Assembly (NCBI GenBank): GCA_902777205.1
Contig: CACYSU010000003.1
Span: 95,492 to 159,491, forward strand
Reading direction: 5' to 3'
Origin: an uncultured Rhodospirillales bacterium
GTDB taxonomy: Bacteria > Pseudomonadota > Alphaproteobacteria > CAAGCB01 > CAG-977
DNA length: 64,000 nt
Shown here: piece by piece, positions 8,662 through 19,369 of the stretch
How positions within the stretch are numbered: the first letter of the stretch is position 1
Layout: each line of letters starts with the position of its first letter
Notes under the pieces: model-generated
Told to the model about the DNA's origin: nothing
The model's input: only the letters and a program-made list of their open reading frames with translations
Database searches by the model: none
Made by a program: the position numbers and the translations under genes

Positions 8662-10389
8662 ATGACGCCGTGGAGTGAGGTCAGACAAACGCAACAGCGC
8701 GTTTTGTTGTGCGGGATTGTTTTGTGCGTTCTGTGCGCCGTGTACGGCGGCGCCGTGCGGGACGGCAAAGTGTTCGCCGCTTGTTTGCGTTATGCACGCG
8801 CCGTTGTGATCAATACTGATTTTGCGGGCGTCGATTGGCAAAAGTTCGGTATCGGGGCAAGCGGGTTTTTGTTGCTTGCCGCGTTGACGCTTTGGGCGGC
8901 GTATGCCTGTTTTATCGCAAAGGAATCCGCTTACGGCGAAGCGCGGTTTGCGACCGCGTCCGACCTGAAACGCATGAGGCTGACCGATCGAAAGAACGCT
9001 TCCGGCGTGATTGTGGGCAAGGTCGGTCGGAAACTGCTTTCCCCGACCTGTTTGCGGCACGGCATCGCGCTTGCCCCGACGCGAAGCGGCAAAACGGCGG
9101 GGTTTGTGATGCCGACGGCTTTGTCGTTCAAAGGGTCGCTGATTATCGCCGATCCGAAAGGCGAGCTGGAAACTCTGCTTGCCGAGCCGTTGAAAAAAGC
9201 GGGCAAGACCGTGTACGCGCTTGACTGGTCGGACGAAAAGGCGAAAGACGCTTGGAACCCGCTGTCGTTAAAGGTGTTCCCATCCGTTTTTTCCTCTTTC
9301 GGCAAAGCGGAACGGCAGGCGGAGCGCATTGCCGCGATGCTGGTCGGGCAGAAAGGGCAGTCGGAAGATCACTGGGAGGCAAACGCCAAAAAGCACATCG
9401 CGGCGCTGATTTTGTTTGCCGTGTATCTGGCGGAAATTGCGGAACAACGGCTTGATCCGAACAATCCCGCGACCATTGCCGACTATGAAACCTACCGCGA
9501 ACCGCACTTATCCCGCGTGTTCGGGTTTGTCGCCAAAGACGTTGATGTGCAGACGCTGCTTTCAAAAGGGGCGGAGGCGGTCAACTCCGCCAAGGACAAC
9601 CTGCGCGACCTGCTTCGTTTTGCGGCGGAGGTCGGCGCGCCGCAGCGGATTTTAACAGACCTTGCGTCTTGGGCGAACGCGCCCGACAACGAAGCGGGAT
9701 CGCATACGACGACGTTTTTGTCAAAGCTTCAAATCTGGCGCAGTCGGGCGGTCAAAGGCGCGACAAGGGAATGTTCGTTTGAATGGCAGGATTTGCGCGA
9801 CACGCCGTCCGTCGTGTTTATCAAGTTCCCGCAGCAAGACGCGCAGTCTTTGGGCGTGCTGACGGCTTTGTTCTTTGAAACGTTCTTCGGCTGGGCTTTG
9901 GACGTTCCGAAAAAGCCTGACGAGTGTCCGATCGCGATCCTTGCCGACGAGTTCGCCAGTCTGCCCAAGATCAACCTGATGACAGACTTTCTGTCCAAAG
10001 GCGCGGGCATGGGCGCGGTCGTGTGGCTGATTGTGCAGGACTTCGCGCAGATTAAAGCGACCTACGGCGACAAGGCGTTTGAAACCATCAAAACGAACTG
10101 CTCGTATCTGTTGGTCTATGCGCAGAACAATTACGCCACGCAAAAGGAATTGGCGGAAATGGTCGGCAAGGCGACCCGCAAGCGCAAAAGCGTCAGCAAA
10201 TCGGGCAAAGGCGGCGTGTCCGTGTCGGAAAACGACGAAGGACTGGACTTGATTCCCGTCGCCGACTGGGGCGCGATTCCGTTCGGGCGGCACGTTTTGT
10301 TGTGTCAGAACTTCCTGACCCGCCCCGTTTGGTGCAAAACGCCCCTGTACTTTAAGGAAAAACGATTTACGGAGATGCTCCATGGCTGA
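8662..10389 (+). CDS. virD4: VirD4/TraG type IV coupling protein
   Basis: Two N-terminal TMs, YGEARFA, APTRSGKT, DPKGE, ADEFASL, IVQDFAQI. Confidence 0.92.
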   Translation: MTPWSEVRQTQQRVLLCGIVLCVLCAVYGGAVRDGKVFAACLRYARAVVINTDFAGVDWQKFGIGASGFLLLAALTLWAAYACFIAKESAYGEARFATASDLKRMRLTDRKNASGVIVGKVGRKLLSPTCLRHGIALAPTRSGKTAGFVMPTALSFKGSLIIADPKGELETLLAEPLKKAGKTVYALDWSDEKAKDAWNPLSLKVFPSVFSSFGKAERQAERIAAMLVGQKGQSEDHWEANAKKHIAALILFAVYLAEIAEQRLDPNNPATIADYETYREPHLSRVFGFVAKDVDVQTLLSKGAEAVNSAKDNLRDLLRFAAEVGAPQRILTDLASWANAPDNEAGSHTTTFLSKLQIWRSRAVKGATRECSFEWQDLRDTPSVVFIKFPQQDAQSLGVLTALFFETFFGWALDVPKKPDECPIAILADEFASLPKINLMTDFLSKGAGMGAVVWLIVQDFAQIKATYGDKAFETIKTNCSYLLVYAQNNYATQKELAEMVGKATRKRKSVSKSGKGGVSVSENDEGLDLIPVADWGAIPFGRHVLLCQNFLTRPVWCKTPLYFKEKRFTEMLHG

Positions 10390-11317
10390 ACTTTCCTGCT
10401 ATTCCTGCGCCATATTCGACGCGTTCAACCAAAAAACGCTTTCTTTCTCGCAAGCGTTCTTCGACGCCGTAACGCCCGAGCTGAAAACGCTGCTGTCGTA
10501 TCTGTTCACGCTTTGGATTGTTTACCGTCTGTGCGAAATGCTGCTCGGCAAGCCCGAAAACCCGCAAAACCTGATAAAAGAGTTCATCGACCTTTCGATT
10601 GCGACGGCTCTGTTGCAGAGTTTTGAATACTGGGGCGGCGTTTGCTTTTGGATTTACAACTTCGGCATGGACTTGGGCGTGCGCGTCCTGCGCATCACGT
10701 CGGAGGGGCAAACCGCCGTTCAGGCGTCGTCTTCGGGCGTCGCTGTTCTGCTGACCCATGTGGAAAACAGCTTTGCCCCCGTGCTGGACAAGCTGGGCGT
10801 GATGATGAGCGACATCTCTTGGACAAGCTTGAAGCTGGCAATCGCCGTCGTTCCCGTCGCCGTCATTTACTTTCTGCTGTTGTGGCGGATATTCGCCAGC
10901 CTGTTCAACGTGTTCGTGCAGTTGTTCGCCGTCGCTTTGCTTGCGCCCGTTCTGAGCGCGTTCTACGCCCTGCCGCCCGTCAAATCCGCCATGTTCGCGG
11001 CGCTGCGTCTGCTGCTGATGAACGCGGTGCAGATTGTGCTCACCTGCGGCACGATCGGCATCGTTTTAGCGTATCTGAACAGCCTTTCCCTGTTCCAAGA
11101 CCAAAACGTCGCCGTCGAGGTCGGCACCGTCGGCTATATGCAGATGCTCTTCACCGGCGCGCTCCTCTGGGGTGCCTACGGCATCATCATCGGCACGCCG
11201 TCCCAAATCCTGAACGTCGGGAACGTCATTGACGCAAATCCCGTCCTGACCTTTATCGGGCGTATTCCAAACCGAATCGTTTCTATGACTAAATATGCCG
11301 TTTCAAAAACTAAATAG
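10382..11317 (+). CDS. virB6: VirB6/TrbL-like polytopic membrane protein
   Basis: About five hydrophobic segments; overlaps virD4; T4SS context. Confidence 0.65.
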   Translation: MAELSCYSCAIFDAFNQKTLSFSQAFFDAVTPELKTLLSYLFTLWIVYRLCEMLLGKPENPQNLIKEFIDLSIATALLQSFEYWGGVCFWIYNFGMDLGVRVLRITSEGQTAVQASSSGVAVLLTHVENSFAPVLDKLGVMMSDISWTSLKLAIAVVPVAVIYFLLLWRIFASLFNVFVQLFAVALLAPVLSAFYALPPVKSAMFAALRLLLMNAVQIVLTCGTIGIVLAYLNSLSLFQDQNVAVEVGTVGYMQMLFTGALLWGAYGIIIGTPSQILNVGNVIDANPVLTFIGRIPNRIVSMTKYAVSKTK

Positions 11318-11331
11318 AGGAGCATTGAACA

Positions 11332-11928
11332 ATGACGGTATATGGTTATTTAAGAGTGTCAACGGATAAACAGGACTGCGACAATCAGAAAATCGGTGTG
11401 GAGGCTTTGGCGGAAAAACTCGGACTGCCGATCGAAAGCTGGATTGTTGACAACGGCGTGTCCGGAACGAAAGAACCCGAAAAACGACAGTTGGGCAAAT
11501 TACTGAAAAAAATCAAATCCGGCGATGTCATCATCTGTTCCGAATTATCCCGTTTGGGGCGCAAGTTGTTTATGGTCATTTCGATTCTTGAACACTGTAT
11601 GAAAATCGGCGCAAAAGTGCTGACCGTCAAAGACGGTTACGAATTGGGCGATAACGTTCAAAGCAAGGTTCTTGCTTTTGCATTCGGACTTGTCGCCGAG
11701 TTGGAACGGGATATGATCAGCAAACGCACGAAAGAAGCTTTGTCACGTGTCAAAGCGCAAGGCCGTTCCATCGGACGTCCCAAGGGCAGAAAAAACATCA
11801 AACACATTTGGAGCGGCAAGGAAAAACAAATCAACCGCTTACTAAAGCTTGGCGTCGGAAAAACGAAAATCGCCCGCATGACGGGGATGAGCCTCAACTC
11901 CGTCTATTCTTTTCTGAAGCAACGGTAA
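11332..11928 (+). CDS. Serine recombinase/invertase, Mpi-like
   Basis: YGYLRVSTDKQ (catalytic Ser), SELSRLGR, LGDNVQSKVLAFAFGLVAELERDMISKRTKEAL, GRPKG, C-terminal HTH. Confidence 0.9.
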   Translation: MTVYGYLRVSTDKQDCDNQKIGVEALAEKLGLPIESWIVDNGVSGTKEPEKRQLGKLLKKIKSGDVIICSELSRLGRKLFMVISILEHCMKIGAKVLTVKDGYELGDNVQSKVLAFAFGLVAELERDMISKRTKEALSRVKAQGRSIGRPKGRKNIKHIWSGKEKQINRLLKLGVGKTKIARMTGMSLNSVYSFLKQR

Positions 11929-12138
11929 AACAAAGACTTTTTCTGTTTGATATTGCGGAAAAAACGACCCTTTTTCTTGGTTATACCAATTTGCCTTTTT
12001 TAGCAATAACTATTTTCAAAAATCCTTTAACCGTCTTGTTTTTTTGAAAGCCCCGCTGTCCCGAATGTTTGAAGAAAAAAGGGTGAATATTTGAGTGAAC
12101 TTTTTCACGCAAAAAAGAACGGGAACAGTTACAGGCAA

Positions 12139-12726
12139 ATGATTTACGCGTTTGTGCAGGACGGTCAGAGTATCGAGATTCTCAGGCAACAATGGGAATC
12201 GCTCTCTTCTTATGCGCAAAGTCGGGCTTTAACCATTGATAAATGGCTCGATTCGACTTCTTTCAATCCGGAACTGTTCAAAGCAAAGGACGTCCTTCTT
12301 TTGGAAAAAACATTCCGTTTGGGCAAAGATATTCGCACGATCACTGCGATCATGCAGGAATTGTTGCAAAAAGGCGTCATTATTTGTTCCTGCGAAGACG
12401 ATCTGAAGTTCGGCGAAGATTCCGCTTCGTCAAAAGCGATGGCCCATATGCTCGGTGTCGTAACGGACATTGTGGAGGAGCTGCGCTCCCGTTTAACAAA
12501 AGAGGCCATGACTTCGCGGAAACTGGCGGGACAGAAATTAGGGCGTCCGCGCGGCAGAAAGAACAACAATCATAAATTGGACGTCAAAAAGAATGAAATC
12601 CGGAAATTGCTCCGGTCGGGAAAGACGGAACCAGAAATCTGCCGGTTGCTGAACATACCTCGCTCCACTTTATTCGTATATGTCAAAGACCACCCCGAAT
12701 TAAAACCGGAGGCGCTCAATGCCTAA
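12139..12726 (+). CDS. Serine-recombinase paralog lacking the catalytic motif (possible DNA-binding regulator)
   Basis: MIYAFVQDG replaces YxRVS; retains RLGK, TKEAM..G.KLGRPRG and HTH; overlaps the next gene. Alternative TTG start at 12091. Confidence 0.75.
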   Translation: MIYAFVQDGQSIEILRQQWESLSSYAQSRALTIDKWLDSTSFNPELFKAKDVLLLEKTFRLGKDIRTITAIMQELLQKGVIICSCEDDLKFGEDSASSKAMAHMLGVVTDIVEELRSRLTKEAMTSRKLAGQKLGRPRGRKNNNHKLDVKKNEIRKLLRSGKTEPEICRLLNIPRSTLFVYVKDHPELKPEALNA

Positions 12727-13579
12727 GGTTTCTGTTTTATTGCCGGTGTATAACACGGCGGAAACGCATCTGCGGGAATGTATCGAAGGGATACTCGGTC
12801 AGACGTTTGGCGACTTTGAACTGATCATCGTGAACGACGCTTCGACGGACGGCAATGTGGAACGCGTTGTGAAAAGCTATGACGACCCGCGCATCCGTTA
12901 TTATTCAAACGAAAAGAATCTGGGCATTTCGGAAACGCGCAACCGGCTGATAGAACTGGCGCAAGGGGAATATCTGGCGGTGCACGATCACGACGACGTG
13001 TCTTTGCCGGAACGGTTCGCAAAGCAAGTCGAATATCTGGACGCTCACCCCGAAGTCGGAGTTTTGGGCACGGCTCATATCGAGATTCCGAAAAACAAAA
13101 CGGTTGTTCACCCTCTGACAAGCGAAGAAATCGAAGAAGCTTTGATGTACGACTGTCCGTTGATCCACCCGTCGGTGATGATGCGCAAAAGCGTATTGGT
13201 TGAAACGGGCGTCCGATATGACAAGGATTATTTCCCGACGGAAGACTACAATCTGTATCTGCATCTGATCGGCAAGACGCAGTTTGCCAATCTACCGGAA
13301 GTGTTGTTCAAGTACCGCAAGCACGACGGCAACACGACGAACAGAGAAACGAAGCGGATACGGGAAATCGAGCGTCGTGTATTTGCGTATCTGGAATCGG
13401 AACATCCGGAGCTGTGGCGCAAAGCGCAGGCAAACCACGTCAATGTAACGAAAATCAAGCTGTTCGGCGTTCCGGTGATGAAAGTCAAACATTTCCAGAC
13501 GACGACAAACTATTACCTGTTCGGTTTCATCCCCGTCGCGTCGGTGTATTCCAAAATCACCGCGAAAGGCAGGCTGTAA
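12719..13579 (+). CDS. Glycosyltransferase family 2
   Basis: VSVLLPVYN, NDASTD, DHDDVS, HPSVMMR, EDY. Confidence 0.92.
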   Translation: MPKVSVLLPVYNTAETHLRECIEGILGQTFGDFELIIVNDASTDGNVERVVKSYDDPRIRYYSNEKNLGISETRNRLIELAQGEYLAVHDHDDVSLPERFAKQVEYLDAHPEVGVLGTAHIEIPKNKTVVHPLTSEEIEEALMYDCPLIHPSVMMRKSVLVETGVRYDKDYFPTEDYNLYLHLIGKTQFANLPEVLFKYRKHDGNTTNRETKRIREIERRVFAYLESEHPELWRKAQANHVNVTKIKLFGVPVMKVKHFQTTTNYYLFGFIPVASVYSKITAKGRL

Positions 13580-13580
13580 G

Positions 13581-14501
13581 ATGAATCTAAGCCTTACCCA
13601 CAGTCTTTACCGTTACGCCCGCCTTAAGTTCAACAACGCGTTGATCCGCGTTTTGTTCCGCAACAAACAGCCGCGGAAGAAGTATTTTCTGGCGGTGTGC
13701 GCGATTTTCAAGAACGAAGGCAAGTTTTTCATCGAATGGCTGAACTATTATCTGTTGGCGGGCGTCGATCACTTTTACCTGTACAACAATTTTTCCGACG
13801 ACAATTATCGGGAATTGTTACAGCCCTATATCGATAAAGGCTTTATAACGCTGATCGACTGGCCCGTTCCGTTCGGTCAGGCGAGCGCGTATCAGAACTG
13901 CGTCGAAACATACGCGAACGAAGCGAACTGGATCGGATTTCTGGACTTGGACGAATTCGTCGTTCCTTATGAAACGAAAGACATCAAACAGTGGCTGTCG
14001 CGGTACAATAAATTCCCGCTTGTTTCCTGTTACTGGAAGATGTTTTCCTCCGGCGGGATAATGAACGAAGACACGACAAAGCTGATTACGGAACAGTTTT
14101 TCGTGTGCGGCGACTTTATGTCGTATAAAAGCTTTTTGAACACGAAGTTCGTCGGTTGGTTGAGTAAAAAGAACAAATCGCCTCATTTCTGGCGTTTCAA
14201 GTTCTTCGGCCGCGTCTGCGCGGAAGACCCGTTGTACTATTCGGAACTGACGAAGAAACCGCGTCATATTCACGCGCAGATCAACCACTATTACTGCAAA
14301 AGCTACGAATACTTTTACAACAAGAAAATCAAGAACGGCAGTCTGTCTGAAAAAATCGATCTGTCGATGAAAACCTTTTTCGATATCGATTCCTTGGCGG
14401 ATCATTCCGACTACAGAATTTTCAAATATCTGGTTCAACTGAAAACATTCGATTTGGACGAATTTTGCGTCGAACGCGCTGAACGGGCGGGTGAGCCATG
14501 A
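13581..14501 (+). CDS. Glycosyltransferase family 92/DUF23-like
   Basis: AVCAIFKNE, GVDHFYLYNN.S.D, WIGFLDLDEF, INHYYCKS. Confidence 0.8.
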   Translation: MNLSLTHSLYRYARLKFNNALIRVLFRNKQPRKKYFLAVCAIFKNEGKFFIEWLNYYLLAGVDHFYLYNNFSDDNYRELLQPYIDKGFITLIDWPVPFGQASAYQNCVETYANEANWIGFLDLDEFVVPYETKDIKQWLSRYNKFPLVSCYWKMFSSGGIMNEDTTKLITEQFFVCGDFMSYKSFLNTKFVGWLSKKNKSPHFWRFKFFGRVCAEDPLYYSELTKKPRHIHAQINHYYCKSYEYFYNKKIKNGSLSEKIDLSMKTFFDIDSLADHSDYRIFKYLVQLKTFDLDEFCVERAERAGEP

Positions 14502-15466
14502 TTTTGGTGATGGGCGGCGCGGGCTACATCGGTTCGCATACGGTAAAATACTTGTTGGCGCACGGGCAAAGTTGCGTTGTCGCCGACAATCTCTCCTGCG
14601 GTCATCGGGAAGCCGTTGACGAACGCGCGGGCTTCATGTTAGCCGATCTGGCGGACAAAGACAGTCTGCGCAAAGTGTTTGAAACGTATCCGATAGAGGC
14701 CGTCATTCACTTCGCCGCGTTCACTTATGTGGGCGAAAGCGTGCGGGATCCGAAAAAATACTACCGCAACAACGTTGCCGGCACGCTGAACCTGTTGGAC
14801 GCGATGCTGGAACACGACGTGAAGAAAATTGTTTTTTCCAGCACTTGCGCGACGTACGGCGAACCGCTTTACACGCCGATCGACGAACAGCACGCTCAAA
14901 ACCCGATCAATCCGTACGGCCGCACAAAGCTGATGATCGAACAGATATTCCGCGATTACGCGAAAGCGTACGGCTTGAAATACATCGCGCTGAGGTACTT
15001 TAACGCGGCGGGATGTTCGGCGGACGGCAGCATCGGGGAAAGCCACGATCCGGAAACGCACCTGATCCCGCTTGTCTTGCAGGCGATACAAGGCAAACGT
15101 CCCGACATCAAAGTGTTCGGAACGGATTACGACACGCCGGACGGGACGTGCATCCGCGACTATATCCACGTCGAAGATCTGGCGCAGGCACACTGGCAGG
15201 CTGTTCAGAAACTCGACGATTACAGCGGATACCTGAATCTCGGGACGGGCGTCGGCACGTCGGTGATGGAAATCATCAAAGCGGCGGAAAAAGTCAGCGG
15301 GAAAACCTGCTCCGTAACACTGGCCGCCAGACGCGAAGGCGATCCCGCCAAACTATTCGCCGACAACAAAAAAGCCAAACAGGTCCTGAACTGGAATCCT
15401 GTTTACACAAGCGTCGAAGACATCGTCAAAACTGCTTGGACTTGGGAAAACAACCGGAGATTCTGA
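14498..15466 (+). CDS. galE: UDP-glucose 4-epimerase
   Basis: GGAGYIGSH, HFAAFTYVGES, YGRTK, DGTCIRDYIHV. Confidence 0.93.
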   Translation: MILVMGGAGYIGSHTVKYLLAHGQSCVVADNLSCGHREAVDERAGFMLADLADKDSLRKVFETYPIEAVIHFAAFTYVGESVRDPKKYYRNNVAGTLNLLDAMLEHDVKKIVFSSTCATYGEPLYTPIDEQHAQNPINPYGRTKLMIEQIFRDYAKAYGLKYIALRYFNAAGCSADGSIGESHDPETHLIPLVLQAIQGKRPDIKVFGTDYDTPDGTCIRDYIHVEDLAQAHWQAVQKLDDYSGYLNLGTGVGTSVMEIIKAAEKVSGKTCSVTLAARREGDPAKLFADNKKAKQVLNWNPVYTSVEDIVKTAWTWENNRRF

Positions 15467-17244
15467 TGCCAGGTATTCGTCAACGCCTTATGAACACGCA
15501 GATGCTCGGGAACTATCGCAAGATGTACCCGTACGTTCGCCCGTATTGGGTACGCGCGGTGTTGGCGGTATTGATTACAATCCCCATCGGATCGTTTGAC
15601 GCGTTGACGGCGTGGATATTGAAGCCGTACATGGACGTTGTTCTTGTGGAAAAGCAGGTTCACGCCGTATCTCTGATGCCGTTGGTGATTGTTATCGGCA
15701 GTTTGTTGCAAAGCTTGTGCAATTACGGCGCGACGTATTTGAACACTTGGGTCGGTCAGAAGATTACGATGGGTATGAAACGCGACCTGTATAAAAAGCT
15801 GTTGCATTGCGATCCCGCGTTTTTTGATCACACGTCTTCGGGCAACGTAATCATGCAATTTTCCACATGCGCCGAAAGCGCGTGCAGCGGTCTTTTGGCT
15901 AATTTAAAACTGTTTACGACACGTGTTTTTTCATCGATATCTTTAATCGGCGTTCTGTTCTGGAACAGTTGGCAGTTATCCATCGTCGCTTTGATTTTTA
16001 TGTTCGGCGCTTTGCTGCCGTTAGCCAGCGTACGCAAACGCATTAAAAGCCTGATGAGCAGACAGATCGGCGGAATATCTGCGATTACGACGCACTATAA
16101 CGAAACGTTTTCGGGTAACCGCATCATTGCGTCCTATAACTTGCAACAGCGCGAAGAACAGCGGTTCAATAAAGACTTGAACGATATGTTCAAAATCCAA
16201 ATCAAAATGGTTCAAAAGACGGGTATTTTGTCTCCGATGATACACTTCATCGTTTCTTTGGGGATAGCCGGCGCCATTTGGTTGGGAAGCTATCTGATTG
16301 TGACGCAACAAATCTCCAGCGGTAATTTTGTGTCGTTCATTGCGGCTCTGTTGATGCTTTATACGCCGATAAAAGGATTGGGCAACAGTTATACGTCCGT
16401 ACAAATGTCGTTCATGATGATGGATCAGGTGTTCAACACGCTAGCTTCCGTTCCGTCCGTTCGCAACGTTGACAATCCCGTTCATATGGACGGCGTTCGC
16501 AAATCGATCGAATACAAAAACGTCGGATTTGAATATCTGGCGGAGCGCCCTGTTTTAAAGGATGTTTCCGCTACGCTTGAAATCGGCAAGATGTACGCTT
16601 TTGTAGGGAACTCCGGCGGCGGCAAATCGACGTTTGTCAGCTTGCTTCCCCGCTTTTACGACATTCAACACGGAGAAATCCTGATAGACGGCGTCAACGT
16701 GAAGAACATCGATTTGTTCGATTTGCGCGAGAATATCGCCGTTGTGTTCCAAGACAACTTTTTATTCAGCGGCACGATCCGCGAAAACATTTTGCTGGGC
16801 AAGACGGATTACACTCAAGAACAACTGGACGAAGCGATAAAGAGCGCATGTTTGACGGACTTTGTTCAAACGTTGGACAAAGGACTGGATACGCAAATCG
16901 GGGAACGCGGCGTATTGCTGTCAGGCGGTCAAAAACAGCGCGTTGCGATTGCTCGCGCGTTCATGAAGGACGCTCCGATTGTGATTTTGGATGAAGCGAC
17001 TTCCGCTTTGGACAACAAATCCGAAGCCGTCGTTCAGCAAGCCATCGATAATTTGATGAAAAACCGGACGGTTCTGGTCATCGCGCATCGACTTTCGACG
17101 GTCAAAAACGCGGACAAAATCTTTGTCATCAACGAAGGCCGCATCGTCGAACAGGGCGATCATGAAGAACTGTTGGCATTAAAAGGCGAATATGCGGCCC
17201 TGTATGAAATGCAGTTCAAAACCAAAAAGGAAAACGCGGCATGA
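15466..17244 (+). CDS. MsbA-like ABC exporter (TMD+NBD), lipid/glycolipid flippase
   Basis: Six-TM N-terminus, GNSGGGKST, LSGGQKQR, ILDEATSALD, IAHRLST. Confidence 0.9.
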   Translation: MPGIRQRLMNTQMLGNYRKMYPYVRPYWVRAVLAVLITIPIGSFDALTAWILKPYMDVVLVEKQVHAVSLMPLVIVIGSLLQSLCNYGATYLNTWVGQKITMGMKRDLYKKLLHCDPAFFDHTSSGNVIMQFSTCAESACSGLLANLKLFTTRVFSSISLIGVLFWNSWQLSIVALIFMFGALLPLASVRKRIKSLMSRQIGGISAITTHYNETFSGNRIIASYNLQQREEQRFNKDLNDMFKIQIKMVQKTGILSPMIHFIVSLGIAGAIWLGSYLIVTQQISSGNFVSFIAALLMLYTPIKGLGNSYTSVQMSFMMMDQVFNTLASVPSVRNVDNPVHMDGVRKSIEYKNVGFEYLAERPVLKDVSATLEIGKMYAFVGNSGGGKSTFVSLLPRFYDIQHGEILIDGVNVKNIDLFDLRENIAVVFQDNFLFSGTIRENILLGKTDYTQEQLDEAIKSACLTDFVQTLDKGLDTQIGERGVLLSGGQKQRVAIARAFMKDAPIVILDEATSALDNKSEAVVQQAIDNLMKNRTVLVIAHRLSTVKNADKIFVINEGRIVEQGDHEELLALKGEYAALYEMQFKTKKENAA

Positions 17245-17417
17245 GAAATACAAATACAGAAAGAAAGCTCATGCTCTTCAACACCCTTTATGAACGGGGA
17301 GTTCCGTCCATGTCCAGGGTTCAATGCCTAAAAGACGGAAAAATGAACAAAATACATTTTTTAGCATCTTCCCGTTCGCTTGATTTAAACGGAGGTTTTT
17401 ATGATTTCGTTTCTTGA
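17241..17417 (+). CDS. Possible 58-aa ORF bridging the ABC exporter and the aminotransferase
   Basis: ATG overlaps the ABC stop (ATGA) and reads open ([13 protein letters not shown]...) into the next gene's start; no recognisable motif. Confidence 0.25.
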   Translation: MRNTNTERKLMLFNTLYERGVPSMSRVQCLKDGKMNKIHFLASSRSLDLNGGFYDFVS

Positions 17418-18489
17418 TTTAGCAAAAGTGAATAACCGCTTCCGTTCGGAAATCGACGCCCGTTTCGCCCGTATTCTGGACAAGGGGTGGTATTTGCAGG
17501 GCGAAGAAAACGAAAGTTTTTCCAAGCATTTTGCCGAATACTGCGGCACAAAGTATGCCGTAGGGGTTGCGAACGGATTGGACGCGTTAAATCTGATCAT
17601 CCGTGCGCACGGGTTCGGCACCGGCGACGAAATCATTGTTCCGTCAAACACTTATATCGCGACAATTCTGGCCATTTCGGAAAACGGTTGCACGCCCGTG
17701 TTGGTCGAACCGGATATTCATACATACAACATCGATCCCGACAAGATTGAAGCGGCGATAACGCCGAAAACAAAAGCGATTATGGTCGTCCACCTGTACG
17801 GACAAGCCGTTCAAATGCAAAAAGTTTGGGAAATTGCCGGGAAACACGGTCTGAAAGTGTTTGAGGACTGCGCACAGGCGCACGGAGCCTTATATCAGGG
17901 AATTCGTGTCGGCAATCTGTCGGACGCGGGAGCGTTTTCGTTTTATCCGGGGAAGAACCTCGGCTGTATGGGCGACGGCGGCGCGGTTACGACGAACGAC
18001 GAAAAACTGTATCAAAAAATCAAAGCCCTAGCGAACTATGGTTCCGACCGCAAGTATCACCATATTTACAAAGGAACGAACAGCCGTTTGGACGAACTGC
18101 AGGCGGCGGTGCTGGACGTGAAACTGCCTCATCTGGACGCGGACAACGCCAGACGGCGCGAAATTGCGACATATTACCGTAAAAACATCACCAATCCGAA
18201 AATCATTCTGCCGGAAACGTACAGTGAAGACGCCGCGGTGTGGCACGTTTTTGCCGTCAGAACGGAAGAACGCGACCGTTTTCAGCAATATCTGACGGAC
18301 AACAGTGTGCAGACGATCATCCACTACCCTACCCCTCCGCACAAACAGGATGCTTATCGGGAATGGAATAACCGTTCCTATCCGATCGCGGAAGAAATCC
18401 ACAGAACCATTATTTCCCTGCCGATGTCGCCGGTGCTGACCGACGATGAAGTCAAACAAGTTACGGAGATTGTCAATGCCTACCGATGA
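17401..18489 (+). CDS. fdtB: DegT/DnrJ PLP aminotransferase (FdtB/QdtB-like dTDP-3-amino-sugar transaminase)
   Basis: [37 protein letters not shown]; clustered with fdtA. Confidence 0.85.
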   Translation: MISFLDLAKVNNRFRSEIDARFARILDKGWYLQGEENESFSKHFAEYCGTKYAVGVANGLDALNLIIRAHGFGTGDEIIVPSNTYIATILAISENGCTPVLVEPDIHTYNIDPDKIEAAITPKTKAIMVVHLYGQAVQMQKVWEIAGKHGLKVFEDCAQAHGALYQGIRVGNLSDAGAFSFYPGKNLGCMGDGGAVTTNDEKLYQKIKALANYGSDRKYHHIYKGTNSRLDELQAAVLDVKLPHLDADNARRREIATYYRKNITNPKIILPETYSEDAAVWHVFAVRTEERDRFQQYLTDNSVQTIIHYPTPPHKQDAYREWNNRSYPIAEEIHRTIISLPMSPVLTDDEVKQVTEIVNAYR

Positions 18490-19369
18490 CCTGATTTCCG
18501 TAACGATACCGGCTTACAACCACGAAAAATATGTCGAGGAATGCATCCGTTCGATTATGGCGCAGACGTATCAAAACATTGAACTGCTGATCATTGACGA
18601 CGGGTCGAAAGACGGTACTTTCGTCAAAATGCGGGAATTGAAGCCGGAATGCGAAAAGCGCTTTGTCCGCGTCGTTATGGAAACGCAGGAAAATCACGGC
18701 GTTTATTATACCGGAAACAAACTTTTCGCAATGGCAAACGGAAAGTACATCTATGCGATCGCTTCGGACGATGTTGCCAAACCGGACGCGATAGAAAAGC
18801 TTCACGCTTTTCTGGCGGAAAATCCGGATTATGTTCTGGCTGTCGGCGACGATGAGATCATCAACGGCAATTCGGAACGCGTTTACTGGGGCAAGGATCG
18901 GAAAATCGTTCCGGAAAGCGAAGCCCTTTACAGAACGTTCGGCGAAGATATGCACTTGAACGAACCGGACAACAAACATCCCGATTTCGGAAGTTATGCG
19001 GATTTATTAAAGGGCAACTATATTCCGAACGGGTATTTGTATTCTCGTCGGGCGATGGCGGAATCCGAACCGCCGGTCGAAGGGATTTTGCTGGAAGACT
19101 GGTTTATGCATATCCGCCTGTGCAAAAAGGGAAAATACAAATATATTCCGGAAATTTTATTTTCCTACCGCTGGCACGAAACAAACACCGTTTCCAATCC
19201 CGCATTCAAGGCGAAATCGTTGGAAATTTTCCGCCAGATTTACGAACACGAAAAAGAATACTGCTTTACGCACGGCTATAAGAAACAGTGGAAACGCCAA
19301 TGGTGCAAACATTTCGGCTGGCGTGCAAAGTGGAAAAAACTGCGCGATTTCATCAGGGGGAAGAAATGA
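18476..19369 (+). CDS. Glycosyltransferase family 2
   Basis: [27 protein letters not shown]. Confidence 0.88.
   Translation: MPTDDLISVTIPAYNHEKYVEECIRSIMAQTYQNIELLIIDDGSKDGTFVKMRELKPECEKRFVRVVMETQENHGVYYTGNKLFAMANGKYIYAIASDDVAKPDAIEKLHAFLAENPDYVLAVGDDEIINGNSERVYWGKDRKIVPESEALYRTFGEDMHLNEPDNKHPDFGSYADLLKGNYIPNGYLYSRRAMAESEPPVEGILLEDWFMHIRLCKKGKYKYIPEILFSYRWHETNTVSNPAFKAKSLEIFRQIYEHEKEYCFTHGYKKQWKRQWCKHFGWRAKWKKLRDFIRGKK

Noticed and set aside
15013-15465. 743-aa version of the ABC exporter
   Set aside because: The extension overlaps galE in another frame; the ATG at 15466 coupled to the galE stop is more plausible.
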